Origin: an uncultured Actinomycetales bacterium
GTDB lineage: Bacteria > Actinomycetota > Actinomycetes > CAXTBU01
Length of the DNA: 64,000 nt
Assembly (NCBI GenBank): GCA_964242885.1
Contig: CAXTBU010000001.1
Location: 22,454-86,453, forward strand
Reading direction: 5' to 3'
The translations under genes were made by a program, and so were the position numbers. Shown here piece after piece: positions 41,502 through 51,097 of this stretch. The notes beneath the pieces were generated by a model. It was not told the DNA's origin. It made no database searches and worked only from the letters and a program-made list of their open reading frames with translations. Position 1 is the stretch's first letter, and every line of letters begins with the position of its first letter.

Positions 41502-42419
41502 TCAGACGGGACTCGGCGGTCCCGGCCGCCCCCGCCGGAGCGCCGCCCGCACCTCGGACTCCCGCTGGTCGCCCCAGTCCTTGACCGAGTGCACCACCAT
41601 CGCGTTCGACGCCAGCAGTTCCTCCGGCGGGGCCGGTAGACCACGCCACGAGACGGCCAGCGGATCACCGGGCCGCCCGAAGTCGGCGGTTCGAAAACCT
41701 GCCGCGCGAACCATCAGACCGAGCAGGTGGTCTTCCCCCAGCACGCTGACCTGCCCGCCGGGCGGCCCACCCTTCGCTGAGATCCAGCCGCGCTCGGCCC
41801 AGGACAACAGCAGCGGCCGAGCGAACATGTGGGCTGCACCGAGCGCGTGCTCTCCCCGCTCGTAGCCCTGGCGTTCAGCTGCGCGCAGCATCGTGCGTAG
41901 CGTCAGGAACCACCGCGGGTGCCGCAGTCCACGCCGGCCGAGATCGCGCTCGATCAACTGAACGGCGGGACCGAAGTCACGAGGGGCACCCGTCGGCCCG
42001 GTCCGAAAGGATCCGAGCGCACCGATACCTGCGTCGGTGCTGAAGGCGTGTCGGGCCGCGCCTTCCAGGCCCGGGCGGATCATCACCGCGTCCGAGTCCA
42101 TCCGGAACACCTGGTCGGCACCCATCGGTCCGACGGCGTGGACAAGTCCCCGGCACACAAGCGCGGCGAAGGCGCCGTACAGCCCCGACCGGCCGGGGCC
42201 GTCCAGCGTCTCGACGCGCGGCTCGAACCTGGTCAGCGACTTCTTCAGGTCAGCGTCACGGGTGTCGTCGAGCACCAGGACGCGGGTGGCCGGCTCCGCG
42301 AACAGGGCGATGCTCTCTAGCGTGTCGCGGTAGGCATCCGGGTCCTCACCCGGTCCGACAGGCATCACGATGACCGTTGGGCCACTCGGGCCGGGACGCT
42401 GTGCAGTGGACTCGGTCAC
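41502..42419 (-). CDS. Hypothetical protein, possible GT-A-fold glycosyltransferase
   Basis: GTG start overlapping the pyruvyl-transferase stop (GTGA 42416-42419). VIVMPVGPGEDPDAYRDTLESI...VLVLDDTRD...FRMDSDAVM (DxD-like). The upstream 194 codons of the track ORF are rejected. Confidence 0.4.
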   Translation of the reverse strand: MTESTAQRPGPSGPTVIVMPVGPGEDPDAYRDTLESIALFAEPATRVLVLDDTRDADLKKSLTRFEPRVETLDGPGRSGLYGAFAALVCRGLVHAVGPMGADQVFRMDSDAVMIRPGLEGAARHAFSTDAGIGALGSFRTGPTGAPRDFGPAVQLIERDLGRRGLRHPRWFLTLRTMLRAAERQGYERGEHALGAAHMFARPLLLSWAERGWISAKGGPPGGQVSVLGEDHLLGLMVRAAGFRTADFGRPGDPLAVSWRGLPAPPEELLASNAMVVHSVKDWGDQRESEVRAALRRGRPGPPSPV

Positions 42420-43690
42420 ACGGGTACCGCTGGGCGGAGGGGGCGACCGGCGACGACATCGGCGATGAGATCCGACGCCGACAGGGCCGCGTCCCGTTGG
42501 GCGGGAAGGACCGCCACGAGCGTGGCCCGGATGCTCGCGCGTTCCTTCAGGAGCGCGTCCAGCTTGTCCGTCAGCATGTCTGGTCGAAGGTCCCCGATGT
42601 CCAGCGCCCACTCCGACAGGCCCAGTTGAGCCCACACCTCCTGGGTCTTGTACTCGTAGGCGACCGCCAGGGTGGGCACGCCCGCGCACGCCGCCAGGAT
42701 CCCACCGTGCAGTCGGGTGGAGACCATGGCGTCGAAGCCGGCGAGGAACTCGATGAGCTGCACCGCTGTCCGCGGCGCTCGGTCGACGTGAACCCGTGCC
42801 GCGACCGTGGGGTCCAGCCCGGCGACCGCGTCCATCGCGACGAGGGAGTCGTCCGTCCAGTACTCCGGACGGCCCTGGCAGGTGGAGACGAAGACGACCT
42901 CGGCATCGTGGTCCTGGACGAGGTGCGCGACTGCGGAGCGGATGGACCCCAGGTAGCGCTCCATCCCCTGCTCGGCCGTCAGACCGGGGAACTTCCACCA
43001 CGCCCGGACGCTGATCGCCACGCGGAGGCGGGTCCCGCTGGGCACGGCGGGGAGGTGGTCGGGCACCAGGGCGAAGACCGTGTCGGGCAGGACGCGCGTC
43101 CGCGCGGGCTCAGCGCCGACGGCCAGGACGTGGGCTCGAGAACGTTCGTCCCGCAGCAGGACGAGGTCGACCGACGGAAAGATCCGGCCCAGCTCAGACC
43201 GGTTGGCTGGTTTGGCGAACGGTCCGGCCGACTGCTGCATGAACACCAGGGGGCGCCCGAGTCGCCGCGCCAGGTCCAGGTCGAACAGCTTCTCGTAGAT
43301 GTCGTAGTTCTCCGTGAGGGTCGTGCCCCCGGTGTAGGCCAGGACGTCCGCGCTGCGCAGACGCTCGAGCGCTCGCATCTCGGTCGTCCCGAGCAGCAGG
43401 TGCCCCGGTGCACCGCGGCCGATGAGGTCCGCTGCCAGCTGGAGCCGTCGTCGACGGAGGGAATGGCGACGACCGGTGAGCACCGCTCCGTGCCGGTCGT
43501 TCATCAACTCCGTGAACAGGTAAGGGGTGAACGCCACGTTCGGCATGTACTTCCCGGCCGCACCAGCGTCGCGGTCGCTCGCCGTCACGATCAGCTCCGG
43601 CCACCTCTTGGCCAAGATCGCCACCTGGGCATCGAAGATCGCGGCGTCTCCACCGTTCAACGTGACGGCGCCGAGGACGTGGACACGCAC
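42416..43690 (-). CDS. Polysaccharide pyruvyl transferase family protein (CsaB/WcaK-like)
   Basis: 424 aa; MRVHVLGAVTLNGGDAAIFDAQ...LVFMQQSAGPF...VSTRLHGGILAACAGVPTLAVAYEYKT (PS_pyruv_trans family pattern). Confidence 0.7.
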   Translation of the reverse strand: MRVHVLGAVTLNGGDAAIFDAQVAILAKRWPELIVTASDRDAGAAGKYMPNVAFTPYLFTELMNDRHGAVLTGRRHSLRRRRLQLAADLIGRGAPGHLLLGTTEMRALERLRSADVLAYTGGTTLTENYDIYEKLFDLDLARRLGRPLVFMQQSAGPFAKPANRSELGRIFPSVDLVLLRDERSRAHVLAVGAEPARTRVLPDTVFALVPDHLPAVPSGTRLRVAISVRAWWKFPGLTAEQGMERYLGSIRSAVAHLVQDHDAEVVFVSTCQGRPEYWTDDSLVAMDAVAGLDPTVAARVHVDRAPRTAVQLIEFLAGFDAMVSTRLHGGILAACAGVPTLAVAYEYKTQEVWAQLGLSEWALDIGDLRPDMLTDKLDALLKERASIRATLVAVLPAQRDAALSASDLIADVVAGRPLRPAVPV

Positions 43691-43768
43691 GGGCGCACTC
43701 CCGAGGTCGTTGAGCTGGACAGGTCGACGGCCAGGCGGGCTGAGGTTCCCACATGGCGTCGACCGGTG

Positions 43769-44968
43769 TCACGCCGCCCGAGCTCGCCCCGTGGTCACCC
43801 GGTCGTACACGTCGGCGACCCGATCGAGCAGGACGCGACGCTCGAAGTTCCGGCGCACGTGCTCGCGGCCCGCCAGCCCGTAGCGCAGCGCACGGTCGGG
43901 GTCGCCGCGCAGAGCAGTGATCGCTGCGGCCAGACCGGCGACGTCGCCCTCTGGGACCAGGTCCCCGGTGACACCGTCGAGCACGGCCTCCGGCAGGCCG
44001 GCATGGGCGTAGGCGACAACGGGTCGCCCCGCTGCGGCGGCCTCGAGGGAGACCACCGGAAGACCCTCACAGTCCCCGCTCGGAGCCCGCTTGGACGGGA
44101 TGACGACCATCGAGGAACTGCGGATCGCCGCCGCGACTTCACTGGACGAGCGAGCCCCCTGGAAGTCGACCTGAACGTTGAGTTCGGCGGCCAGCGCCAC
44201 CGTGCTCTCGTGACCCGGACCACTGCCGACGACGACCAGCTCGGGCCGGTCGGACATCGATGCCACGGCGCGGAGCAGGTCGGCGACGCCCTTCTTCTGG
44301 GTGAGGCGTCCCACGAACACGACGGGCCCGTCCGGGACCGGGGGGGTCCACTCGATCTGCGACGTGTCGACGCCGCACGCGATGACGTCGATCTTCGCTG
44401 GGTCCACGCCGCGGGCCAGCAGGACACCGCGCAAGAACTGACTGACGGTGATGATTGCCGCCAGCTTGTCGAACAGGGCATCGCCCATCTGCAGGTACAC
44501 GTCGTAGGAGAGCCGCTGGCCGCGCAGTGCCGCGTCGTTCTTGGTCAGGTCGAACCCGTGGAAGGTCGCCACCAACGGGATGCCGCGTCGTGTCGTCGCG
44601 GCGGCCACGAGCGCGGCGTCGGGCCCGAAGTGGGCGTGCACGAGGTCCGGCCGCAGAGCCACGAGGGTCCGGGACGTCGCGTGCTCGACCATCCGCGCAC
44701 GTGCGACGCCGGCCCGGTACCCGGCGAACTGGGTGGCTCGCTCGACCACACTGCGACCGCGGGTGAGGTGGACGGGTACTCCCGGTACGTCGAGTCGCGG
44801 TTCGGTCAACTCGTTGGTGAGAGCCGCCACGCTGTACCGGGGCAGGTCGAGCAGGTGGTCGCGGACGAAGGTCTCCGACCGCGGGAGGAACTCCTCGCGG
44901 TACACGGCGACCTTCCCGGCGGACGGACCGACAGCAGGAGGTCGGTACGCGGTGCTCGCAGCGGGCAT
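43769..44968 (-). CDS. Glycosyltransferase family 4 (GT-B, RfaG-like)
   Basis: LVHAHFGPDAAL...VVFVGRLTQKKGVADLLRA...PSGDCEGLPVVSLEAAAAGRPVVAYAHAGLPEAV (EX7E region). Confidence 0.8.
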   Translation of the reverse strand: MPAASTAYRPPAVGPSAGKVAVYREEFLPRSETFVRDHLLDLPRYSVAALTNELTEPRLDVPGVPVHLTRGRSVVERATQFAGYRAGVARARMVEHATSRTLVALRPDLVHAHFGPDAALVAAATTRRGIPLVATFHGFDLTKNDAALRGQRLSYDVYLQMGDALFDKLAAIITVSQFLRGVLLARGVDPAKIDVIACGVDTSQIEWTPPVPDGPVVFVGRLTQKKGVADLLRAVASMSDRPELVVVGSGPGHESTVALAAELNVQVDFQGARSSSEVAAAIRSSSMVVIPSKRAPSGDCEGLPVVSLEAAAAGRPVVAYAHAGLPEAVLDGVTGDLVPEGDVAGLAAAITALRGDPDRALRYGLAGREHVRRNFERRVLLDRVADVYDRVTTGRARAA

Positions 44969-45146
44969 GACATCCCTTCCGGCGTCTGTGGGCCGGCGAC
45001 AGCGCGGACCCCTCAGCGACCCACAGATTACAGTCCGCGACGCATCCCTCGCGCTCAGCTGAACTTGGCCGTCCTCCGTCGGGCCGGCACCATGGAGTCA
45101 GGTCGCGGGTCCGTCGCCCTCACCGATCGACCCCAGGAGGACGACC

Positions 45147-46205
45147 GTGCTCGGAGCAGAGACCGGCAGCGACCTGCCGGCCGCCGGATCGCTCCCCGGT
45201 CGGCCCCCGGTGAAGGTGACGGTCGCCGTGGCGGCTCACAACGCGGGCCGCTGGTTGGCGGAGACGCTGGAGTCGGTCCTCGCCCAGACGGAGACGGACT
45301 GGACGTGTCACATCGTCGACGACGGCTCCACCGACCAGACGGCGGAGATCGCGGACGGGTTCGCACGGCGGGACCACCGGTTCCACGTCGTGCGCCAACA
45401 GAACACCGGTGTCTCGGCTGCCCGGAACCGGCTGCTGGAGCTGACCCGGGACGACGGCCCCTACGTGGCGGTCCTCGACGCCGACGACACCTGGCTCCCG
45501 GATGCGCTCCAGGTGATGTGCGGGGTGTTGGATGCGGATCCCGGAGCGGTCGGAGTCCAGTCGCTGGCCGAGTACATGGACGAGGACTCGGTGCCGATCC
45601 GCCCGGGCGAACACCCGTTCGTCCAACGCCGCAAGTCCAGCGTCCGTGGTGACCGCGTCGTACCGGCGCACTTCGGGGACGGGATGGGCTTCGCCGAGCT
45701 CGTCGTCGGCAGTGGGCTGTACCCGCCCGCCTCGATGCTGTTCCGTCGCTCCGCGATCGAGGCCGCCGGCCGGTACGACCCCGGCTACCGGGCGCAGGGC
45801 GACTGGGAGATGTACATCCGGATGAGCCGCTTCGGGCACTTCGCGGAGCTGGACCGACAGACGGCCTGGTACCGACTCCGCGAGGCCAACCTGACCGGTG
45901 ACCGGTCGAAGGTCCACCTGTTCCAGGCCCGGCTCCTACGGAAGACGTGGGAGCAGTCGGCTCCCGGCAGCGAGCAGCGCCGCGTGACCGAGGTCGCCTA
46001 CCGCCACCGGCAGCGCCAGTTCGCCCGGCGCTTCTCCGGACCGGCGCAGTCGGCCCTGGTCGGCCGGCACCCTCGCCTGTTCGCCGCCAACGCTGTGCTC
46101 GCTGTCTGGTACGGCGCTCATTCGCTCCTGCGAAGGCCTCCCGTCCCGGTCGTCCGAGCGACCCGTGCGCTGTCCAGGGTCCAGTCGAGCCGCTGGGCGA
46201 ACTGA
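45147..46205 (+). CDS. Glycosyltransferase family 2
   Basis: VKVTVAVAAHNAGRWLAETLESVLAQTETDWTCHIVDDGSTDQT...VAVLDADDTW; AGGAGG RBS 45135-45140, GTG 45147. The only biosynthetic gene on the plus strand; 3' end overlaps the convergent GT4. Confidence 0.75.
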   Translation: MLGAETGSDLPAAGSLPGRPPVKVTVAVAAHNAGRWLAETLESVLAQTETDWTCHIVDDGSTDQTAEIADGFARRDHRFHVVRQQNTGVSAARNRLLELTRDDGPYVAVLDADDTWLPDALQVMCGVLDADPGAVGVQSLAEYMDEDSVPIRPGEHPFVQRRKSSVRGDRVVPAHFGDGMGFAELVVGSGLYPPASMLFRRSAIEAAGRYDPGYRAQGDWEMYIRMSRFGHFAELDRQTAWYRLREANLTGDRSKVHLFQARLLRKTWEQSAPGSEQRRVTEVAYRHRQRQFARRFSGPAQSALVGRHPRLFAANAVLAVWYGAHSLLRRPPVPVVRATRALSRVQSSRWAN

Positions 46206-47432
46206 CCGTGGGCGCTCGGCCCGGGCCGGCGATCCGGGGTCACCGGGCGTCGTTCGCCTGACCCGGTCGTAGATGTCCGCCACGCGGGCGAGCAGGTCAG
46301 CCCGCTCGAACCGCGACTCGACGTGCGCCCTCGCGGCACGCGACATCCTCAGCAGGCCTTCGGGATCGTCCAGGGCCGCCCCGAGGGCGCGTCCGAGGGC
46401 GGCGACGTCACCCTCGGGCACGAGGACACCCGTCGAGCCGTCCAGCACCGCCTCGGGCAGGCCCGCGTGCCGGTAGCCGATCACCGGCCGGCCGGCAGCA
46501 GACGCTTCCAGCGAGACCACCGGCAGGCCCTCCGTGTCGCCGCTCGAGGCCGTCCGGGACGGCATCGCCACCACCGAGGCCGACCGGATGGTCTGGACCA
46601 CCTGGGGCGTCGGCAGGCTGCCCAGGAAGCGTGCGTCGACCCCGAGGCGGCGAGCCTGCTCCTCCAGCTGCGGGCGGAGTCGGCCGTCGCCGACCACGTC
46701 GACCCTCGGCCGGCGGTCCAGGCCGGAGACAGCGTCCAGCAGGTCCGCCAGACCCTTCTTCTCCACCAGCCGCCCGACGAAGACCACCGGCCCACCGGGC
46801 ACGGGCGCCGACCACGGGATGGCCGAGGTGTCGACCCCGCAGGCGATGACCGAGATCTTCTCCGCCGGGACACCTCGTGCGACGAGCCGGTCACGCAGGA
46901 ACGAGCTGACCGTGATCACCGCCGCCAGTCGCCGGACGACCTCGGCCCAGTGGTCCACCAGCAGGGTGTTGGCGGTGCGTCCGCCACGCAGCGACTCGGG
47001 GTCCTGCGTCACGTCGTACCCGTGGAACGTCGCCACCAGGGGGACGTCCCCTCCCGCAGCCGCTGCCGACACGAGCGCGGCGTCCGGGCCGAAGTGGGCG
47101 TGCAGGACGTCGGGGCGCAGGGACCGCAGGACGTCCCGAGCTGCCGCGGTGACCATCCGGGCCGGGGGGACGCGGAGCCGGTACCCGGCGAACTGGCGGG
47201 CGCGACCCAGCACGGAGCCGGATCGCAGCAGGTGGACGGGGACACCCGGAACCGCCAGCGTGGGTTCGCTGATCGAGGAGGCGAGCGCCGCCACCCGGTA
47301 GCGGGGCATCTCCACCAGGTGGTCGCGGATGAACGTCTCCGAGAGCGCGAGGAAGTCCTCCCGGAACACCAGCGCGCGCGGGGCGTTGGGCGCCCCCCCG
47401 AGCGCAGGCCGGTACGCGTCCTCGGCCCTCAC
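45936..47432 (-). CDS. Glycosyltransferase family 4 (paralog of 43769-44968), long C-terminal tail of uncertain reality
   Basis: VLHAHFGPDAALVSAAA...VVFVGRLVEKKGLADLLDA...SGDTEGLPVVSLEASAAGRPVIGYRHAGLPEAV; GTG start 47430-47432 overlapping upstream GT2 stop. Confidence 0.75.
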   Translation of the reverse strand: MRAEDAYRPALGGAPNAPRALVFREDFLALSETFIRDHLVEMPRYRVAALASSISEPTLAVPGVPVHLLRSGSVLGRARQFAGYRLRVPPARMVTAAARDVLRSLRPDVLHAHFGPDAALVSAAAAGGDVPLVATFHGYDVTQDPESLRGGRTANTLLVDHWAEVVRRLAAVITVSSFLRDRLVARGVPAEKISVIACGVDTSAIPWSAPVPGGPVVFVGRLVEKKGLADLLDAVSGLDRRPRVDVVGDGRLRPQLEEQARRLGVDARFLGSLPTPQVVQTIRSASVVAMPSRTASSGDTEGLPVVSLEASAAGRPVIGYRHAGLPEAVLDGSTGVLVPEGDVAALGRALGAALDDPEGLLRMSRAARAHVESRFERADLLARVADIYDRVRRTTPGDPGSPARAERPRSVRPAARLDPGQRTGRSDDRDGRPSQERMSAVPDSEHSVGGEQARVPADQGRLRRSGEAPGELALPVAVGDLGHAALLAAGSRLLPRLP

Positions 47433-48325
47433 GCGCGGGACCTCAGCCCGGAGCGCTGCTCCCGGATGTAGCCGACGGAGTAGAGCACGTCCCACAGGGT
47501 GCGCAGGTTGCGCGACGCCTGCTCGTGGTCACCGCGCCTGTCGCGGACAGCCACGGCCAGGCCGGCTCGCACGCCGCGGGGCACCAGCGCGACCAGCGAT
47601 TCGACGCGGAGCGGAGTGGCCCCGTCGTCCTCGTAGCGCCGCACCAGCGCCGCGTTGCTCCGTCCGTACCGCAGCTGCTGCTCACAGGAGGACACCAGGC
47701 CCGTCCTGGCCCGCCACCGCATCAGCGGTCGGCGGTCGACGGCCAGGGATCCGTGCCCGCCGAGCTGGATCCGGAAGCACAGGTCCGCGTCGCCGCCGCT
47801 ACGGCCGACGTCGAAGCCGTCGACCGCGACGAGGACGTCGCGCCGGACCGTGAGGTTGCAGGTCGCGTAGTAGGGGAGGAACCACGGGGTGTCGACGTAG
47901 CTGGCGACGTCGAATATCTGCAGGCCGACCGCTGCCAGCTCGGCGGTGGAGCCGCCGCCGACCACGACGGTCCCCGTCGTGGCCATGGCGACCGACGGCC
48001 CGTCGAACAGTCCGCGCACCGCGTCGGCCCAGCCCGGCTCGGGACGACTCCGCACGTCGACGAAGCCCACCAGGTCTGTCCTCAGCTCGGCCCACCCGGC
48101 GTTCCGCCCGGCGTAGGGCCCCCGCCCCGGATTGGCGACGACCACCGCGCCCAGCCGGGTGGCGACAGCGGCCGTGTCGTCGGTCGAACCGTCGTCGACG
48201 ACGAGGATCTCGTCCACGGCGGTGGTCTGGGCCCGAAGGAGCTCGAGGAGTCCCGGCAGCTCCCCGGCGGCGTCCCGCACCGGGACGACCACGCCGAGCG
48301 TCCGTGGCGCAGGCGCGTCGCTCAT
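47429..48325 (-). CDS. Glycosyltransferase family 2
   Basis: MSDAPAPRTLGVVVPVRDAAGELPGLLELLRAQTTAVDEILVVDDGSTDDT; ATG 48323-48325 overlapping wzx stop (ATGA). The upstream part of the 594-aa track ORF is rejected. Confidence 0.75.
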   Translation of the reverse strand: MSDAPAPRTLGVVVPVRDAAGELPGLLELLRAQTTAVDEILVVDDGSTDDTAAVATRLGAVVVANPGRGPYAGRNAGWAELRTDLVGFVDVRSRPEPGWADAVRGLFDGPSVAMATTGTVVVGGGSTAELAAVGLQIFDVASYVDTPWFLPYYATCNLTVRRDVLVAVDGFDVGRSGGDADLCFRIQLGGHGSLAVDRRPLMRWRARTGLVSSCEQQLRYGRSNAALVRRYEDDGATPLRVESLVALVPRGVRAGLAVAVRDRRGDHEQASRNLRTLWDVLYSVGYIREQRSGLRSRA

Positions 48326-49941
48326 GCAGCCGACCGGCGACGGCGCAGCACCGTGCGGAGTTCGTTGATCTCCGTGCGCATGAACCCCAGGGCCAGGGCG
48401 CCGTAGACGATGACGCCGACCGCCACCTGGACCAGGGTCACACCGGGACCTGTGCGGTCGGCGTCCAGCAGCGTCGGGGTGAACCAGGCTGCCGCGAACA
48501 TGGGGACGCACAGCACGGCGACCCTTGCGTTGTCGGCAAGCACGCTCCGTGCCCTCAGTCCGACCAGACGGCAGGCGAAGTGCAGGGTCGGCGTCATGAA
48601 CGTCCACGCCCGGATCAGCACCGCCACCGCCACACCGGTCGCGCCGCCCACCAGCACGCCCGCCACCATCAGGGCGATGCCCACGAAGAACGACACGAGC
48701 CCGATGCGGAACATCAGGCCGGTCCGGTTCTGGGACTGGAACAGCCAACCCACACTCGTGGAGATGCACTGTGGGATCCCCGCGAAGCACAGGATCATCA
48801 GCAGGGGAACGGTGTCGGTCCACTGGTCGCCCCACAGGAGCGGGACGGCACCCGGCGCGACAGCCGCCAGACCCACGAGGACCGGCACCGTGGCCAGGTT
48901 GATCAGTCGCACAGCTCGGCGGTAGCCCCGCGCGACCCGCTCGCGGTCGTCTCCCATGGCCGCCAGGGCGGGGAACATCACACCGCCGAGCACCTGCCCG
49001 ACCTGCTGCACCGGCAGGAGCATCAGTTGGTAGGCCTTGTTGTACAGGCCCAGGGAGGCCTGTCCGACGAAGCGCGCGATGAGGAAGTTGTCGCCGTTGC
49101 GGCCCCAGTAGTTGACGACGTTGAACCCCAGCTGCCCCCCGGAGAACAGCCAGATCTTGGGCAGCGACTCCCTCGAGATGAAGTGGTGCGGACGCCACGG
49201 AACCATCGCCCACGACAGCGCAGACGAGACGATGCTGGCGACAGCCGGCCCGAGCACCAGCGCGTACACACCGAGGTCGCCGGCAGCTCCCGCGATCGTC
49301 ACGCCGAAGCTGACGGCCGTCGAGACGACGCCGATCACGGCCATCTTCTTGAGTTTGAGCTGCCTCTGGAGCAGTGCGCTGTGCACGCCGCCGATGCCGA
49401 ACAGGAAGCTGAGCCCGGCCAGCGGAGTGAGGAGTGTCAGCCGGGGATCCCGGAACAACAACGCGACCAGGGGGCCGGACACCGCGAGGAGGAGCGTGAA
49501 GACCACGCCGCCGAGAGCATTGATCCAGAAGACCGTCGAGAGGTCACGCTCGGTCGGGTCCCGTAGAGCGATGAGCGCCGACCCCAGGCCGAGTTCGAAG
49601 AAGAGGACCGCGAACCCGGTGATGACGTAGACGCTCGCCATGGTCCCGTAGTCGGCTGGGGCCAGCAGACGTGCCAGGACCAGACCGGCAGCGAACTGGA
49701 TGCCCTGGCCACCCAGCTTGCCGACCAGGGACCACTTCGCCCCGTTGGCGACAGCACCCGTCAGTCCAGCGTCCGCGCGCAGGCCCCCCGACAGGACGGC
49801 CGGCGTCCCGGAACTGCCGGGGCCCGGGTCGGGGTGGTCGACGACGCCCCGGTCCTGGGCGCCCTCGACCGCCGCCACCGTCAGGGTCGTGACGTCACCA
49901 GACTCGGGGGCCGATCTGTCGGCCGGGTCGCGGTCAGGCAT
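48322..49941 (-). CDS. wzx: Wzx-type polysaccharide flippase (MOP superfamily, polysaccharide biosynthesis protein)
   Basis: ~12-14 TM helices; KWSLVGKLGGQGIQFAAGLVLARLLAPADYG...; ATG start 49939-49941. The upstream part of the 644-aa track ORF is rejected. Confidence 0.75.
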   Translation of the reverse strand: MPDRDPADRSAPESGDVTTLTVAAVEGAQDRGVVDHPDPGPGSSGTPAVLSGGLRADAGLTGAVANGAKWSLVGKLGGQGIQFAAGLVLARLLAPADYGTMASVYVITGFAVLFFELGLGSALIALRDPTERDLSTVFWINALGGVVFTLLLAVSGPLVALLFRDPRLTLLTPLAGLSFLFGIGGVHSALLQRQLKLKKMAVIGVVSTAVSFGVTIAGAAGDLGVYALVLGPAVASIVSSALSWAMVPWRPHHFISRESLPKIWLFSGGQLGFNVVNYWGRNGDNFLIARFVGQASLGLYNKAYQLMLLPVQQVGQVLGGVMFPALAAMGDDRERVARGYRRAVRLINLATVPVLVGLAAVAPGAVPLLWGDQWTDTVPLLMILCFAGIPQCISTSVGWLFQSQNRTGLMFRIGLVSFFVGIALMVAGVLVGGATGVAVAVLIRAWTFMTPTLHFACRLVGLRARSVLADNARVAVLCVPMFAAAWFTPTLLDADRTGPGVTLVQVAVGVIVYGALALGFMRTEINELRTVLRRRRSAA

Positions 49942-50939
49942 CGACGGAGGCGCCGGCCCGGATGACCGTCGAGGCGTCGATCCCGTCGAGCAGCGCCACG
50001 TCCGCGGGATCGACCTTGCGGGCGAAGGGCGCGTTCGCGGCGCGCGCCTCCCGGATGGTCCTGGCGTCGACCGGGCGCGGGTGGGACTCACCGTTCTCGA
50101 ACCGGCTCCAGGTCGTGCGCCCGGAGCGCACAGGTAGCCCTGTGAGGTGGGCCAACGTCTGCAGGTAGGCCTCGTCCGGGATGTAGGTGCGCCTGAAGTG
50201 CGCCGACAGTTCGGGTCGGTCGTGGTGCAACCCGAGGATGCCCTCGAGCACCGCACGCGAGACGCCGAGCCACTGGGCGCCCTTCCAGCAGCCGATCTCG
50301 TCGATCACCGCCGACCGGTGCCGGATCCCGATCCCGTACCCGAGTCCGCGCGGCAGGTGCGCGAGCCAGATGGTGTGCTGCCACTTGTCGAATCCGTACC
50401 ACCACGCAGCCTTCGCGACCCGACGCAGGCCGCCGCGCACGACACGGTCGAACGCGGCAGAACGTGCCGGCGAGACGAAGGTGAACCGGTAGCGGTACCT
50501 CGAGGTGTCAGTCATCCGGTCGGCCTCGATGATGCCGGCGGTGCCCTCGGCGACGACGTCGTCTTCCCACGCGGCCAGGTCCAGCACCGGATAGCACTGA
50601 CCGGAGATCGCGACGAACCAGTCCCCGTCGGTCTTCGCGGCGGCCTCGAACGCCTCGATCATCCCCTCGGTCATCTCCCAGGACCCCCACCGCATCGCGA
50701 TGTGGCTACGGAACAGCTGCCCCCCGGCCGCCTGGACCTCGTCCGCGGAGAGGAAGCCGTCCGGCTCGGCGTGCCGGACGAGGACGATCGACCCCGGCGA
50801 CAGCGTCCTGATCCGCCGAACGAGGCGGAGCACCAGCTCGGGCTGGTGGTGCGCCAGAACGATGTAGCAGAAGGTCGGCCGGTACGCCGCCCCGGAACGG
50901 GCGTGTGGCGTACCGGCCTGGTCGCTGTGCTGGCTCATC
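49934..50939 (-). CDS. Glycosyltransferase family 14 (core-2/I-branching enzyme, Branch domain)
   Basis: RPTFCYIVLAHHQPELVLRLVRRI...MRWGSWEMTEGMIEAFEAA...FVSPARSAAFDRVV; GGAGGA RBS then ATG 50937-50939. Confidence 0.65.
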
Positions 50940-51097
50940 GGGGGTGGTCCTCCAGGGTCGCCCGGTGGCGCGGCGTCCATCGTCGGTTTCCCAGCCCCGG
51001 CGCTGGTCGGTCCGGAGATCTCGCTGCGGGTTCCGGAGACTGAGACAGTACGCGGCCGTCCGACCCGCTCGGCGGGTCGACCGGACTCCGCCTGTCC

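Noticed and set aside
42377-45652. 1091-aa plus-strand ORF (similarly 18246-21110, 12151-14136, 12302-14149, 15967-17328, 35208-37391, 36596-38245)
   Set aside because: Extremely Arg/Gly/Pro/Asp-rich translations antisense or out of frame to well-supported genes (pyruvyl transferase/GT4, fumC/YcaO, xseA, IclR, VWA). This is the expected stop-codon-poor artefact in >70% GC DNA.
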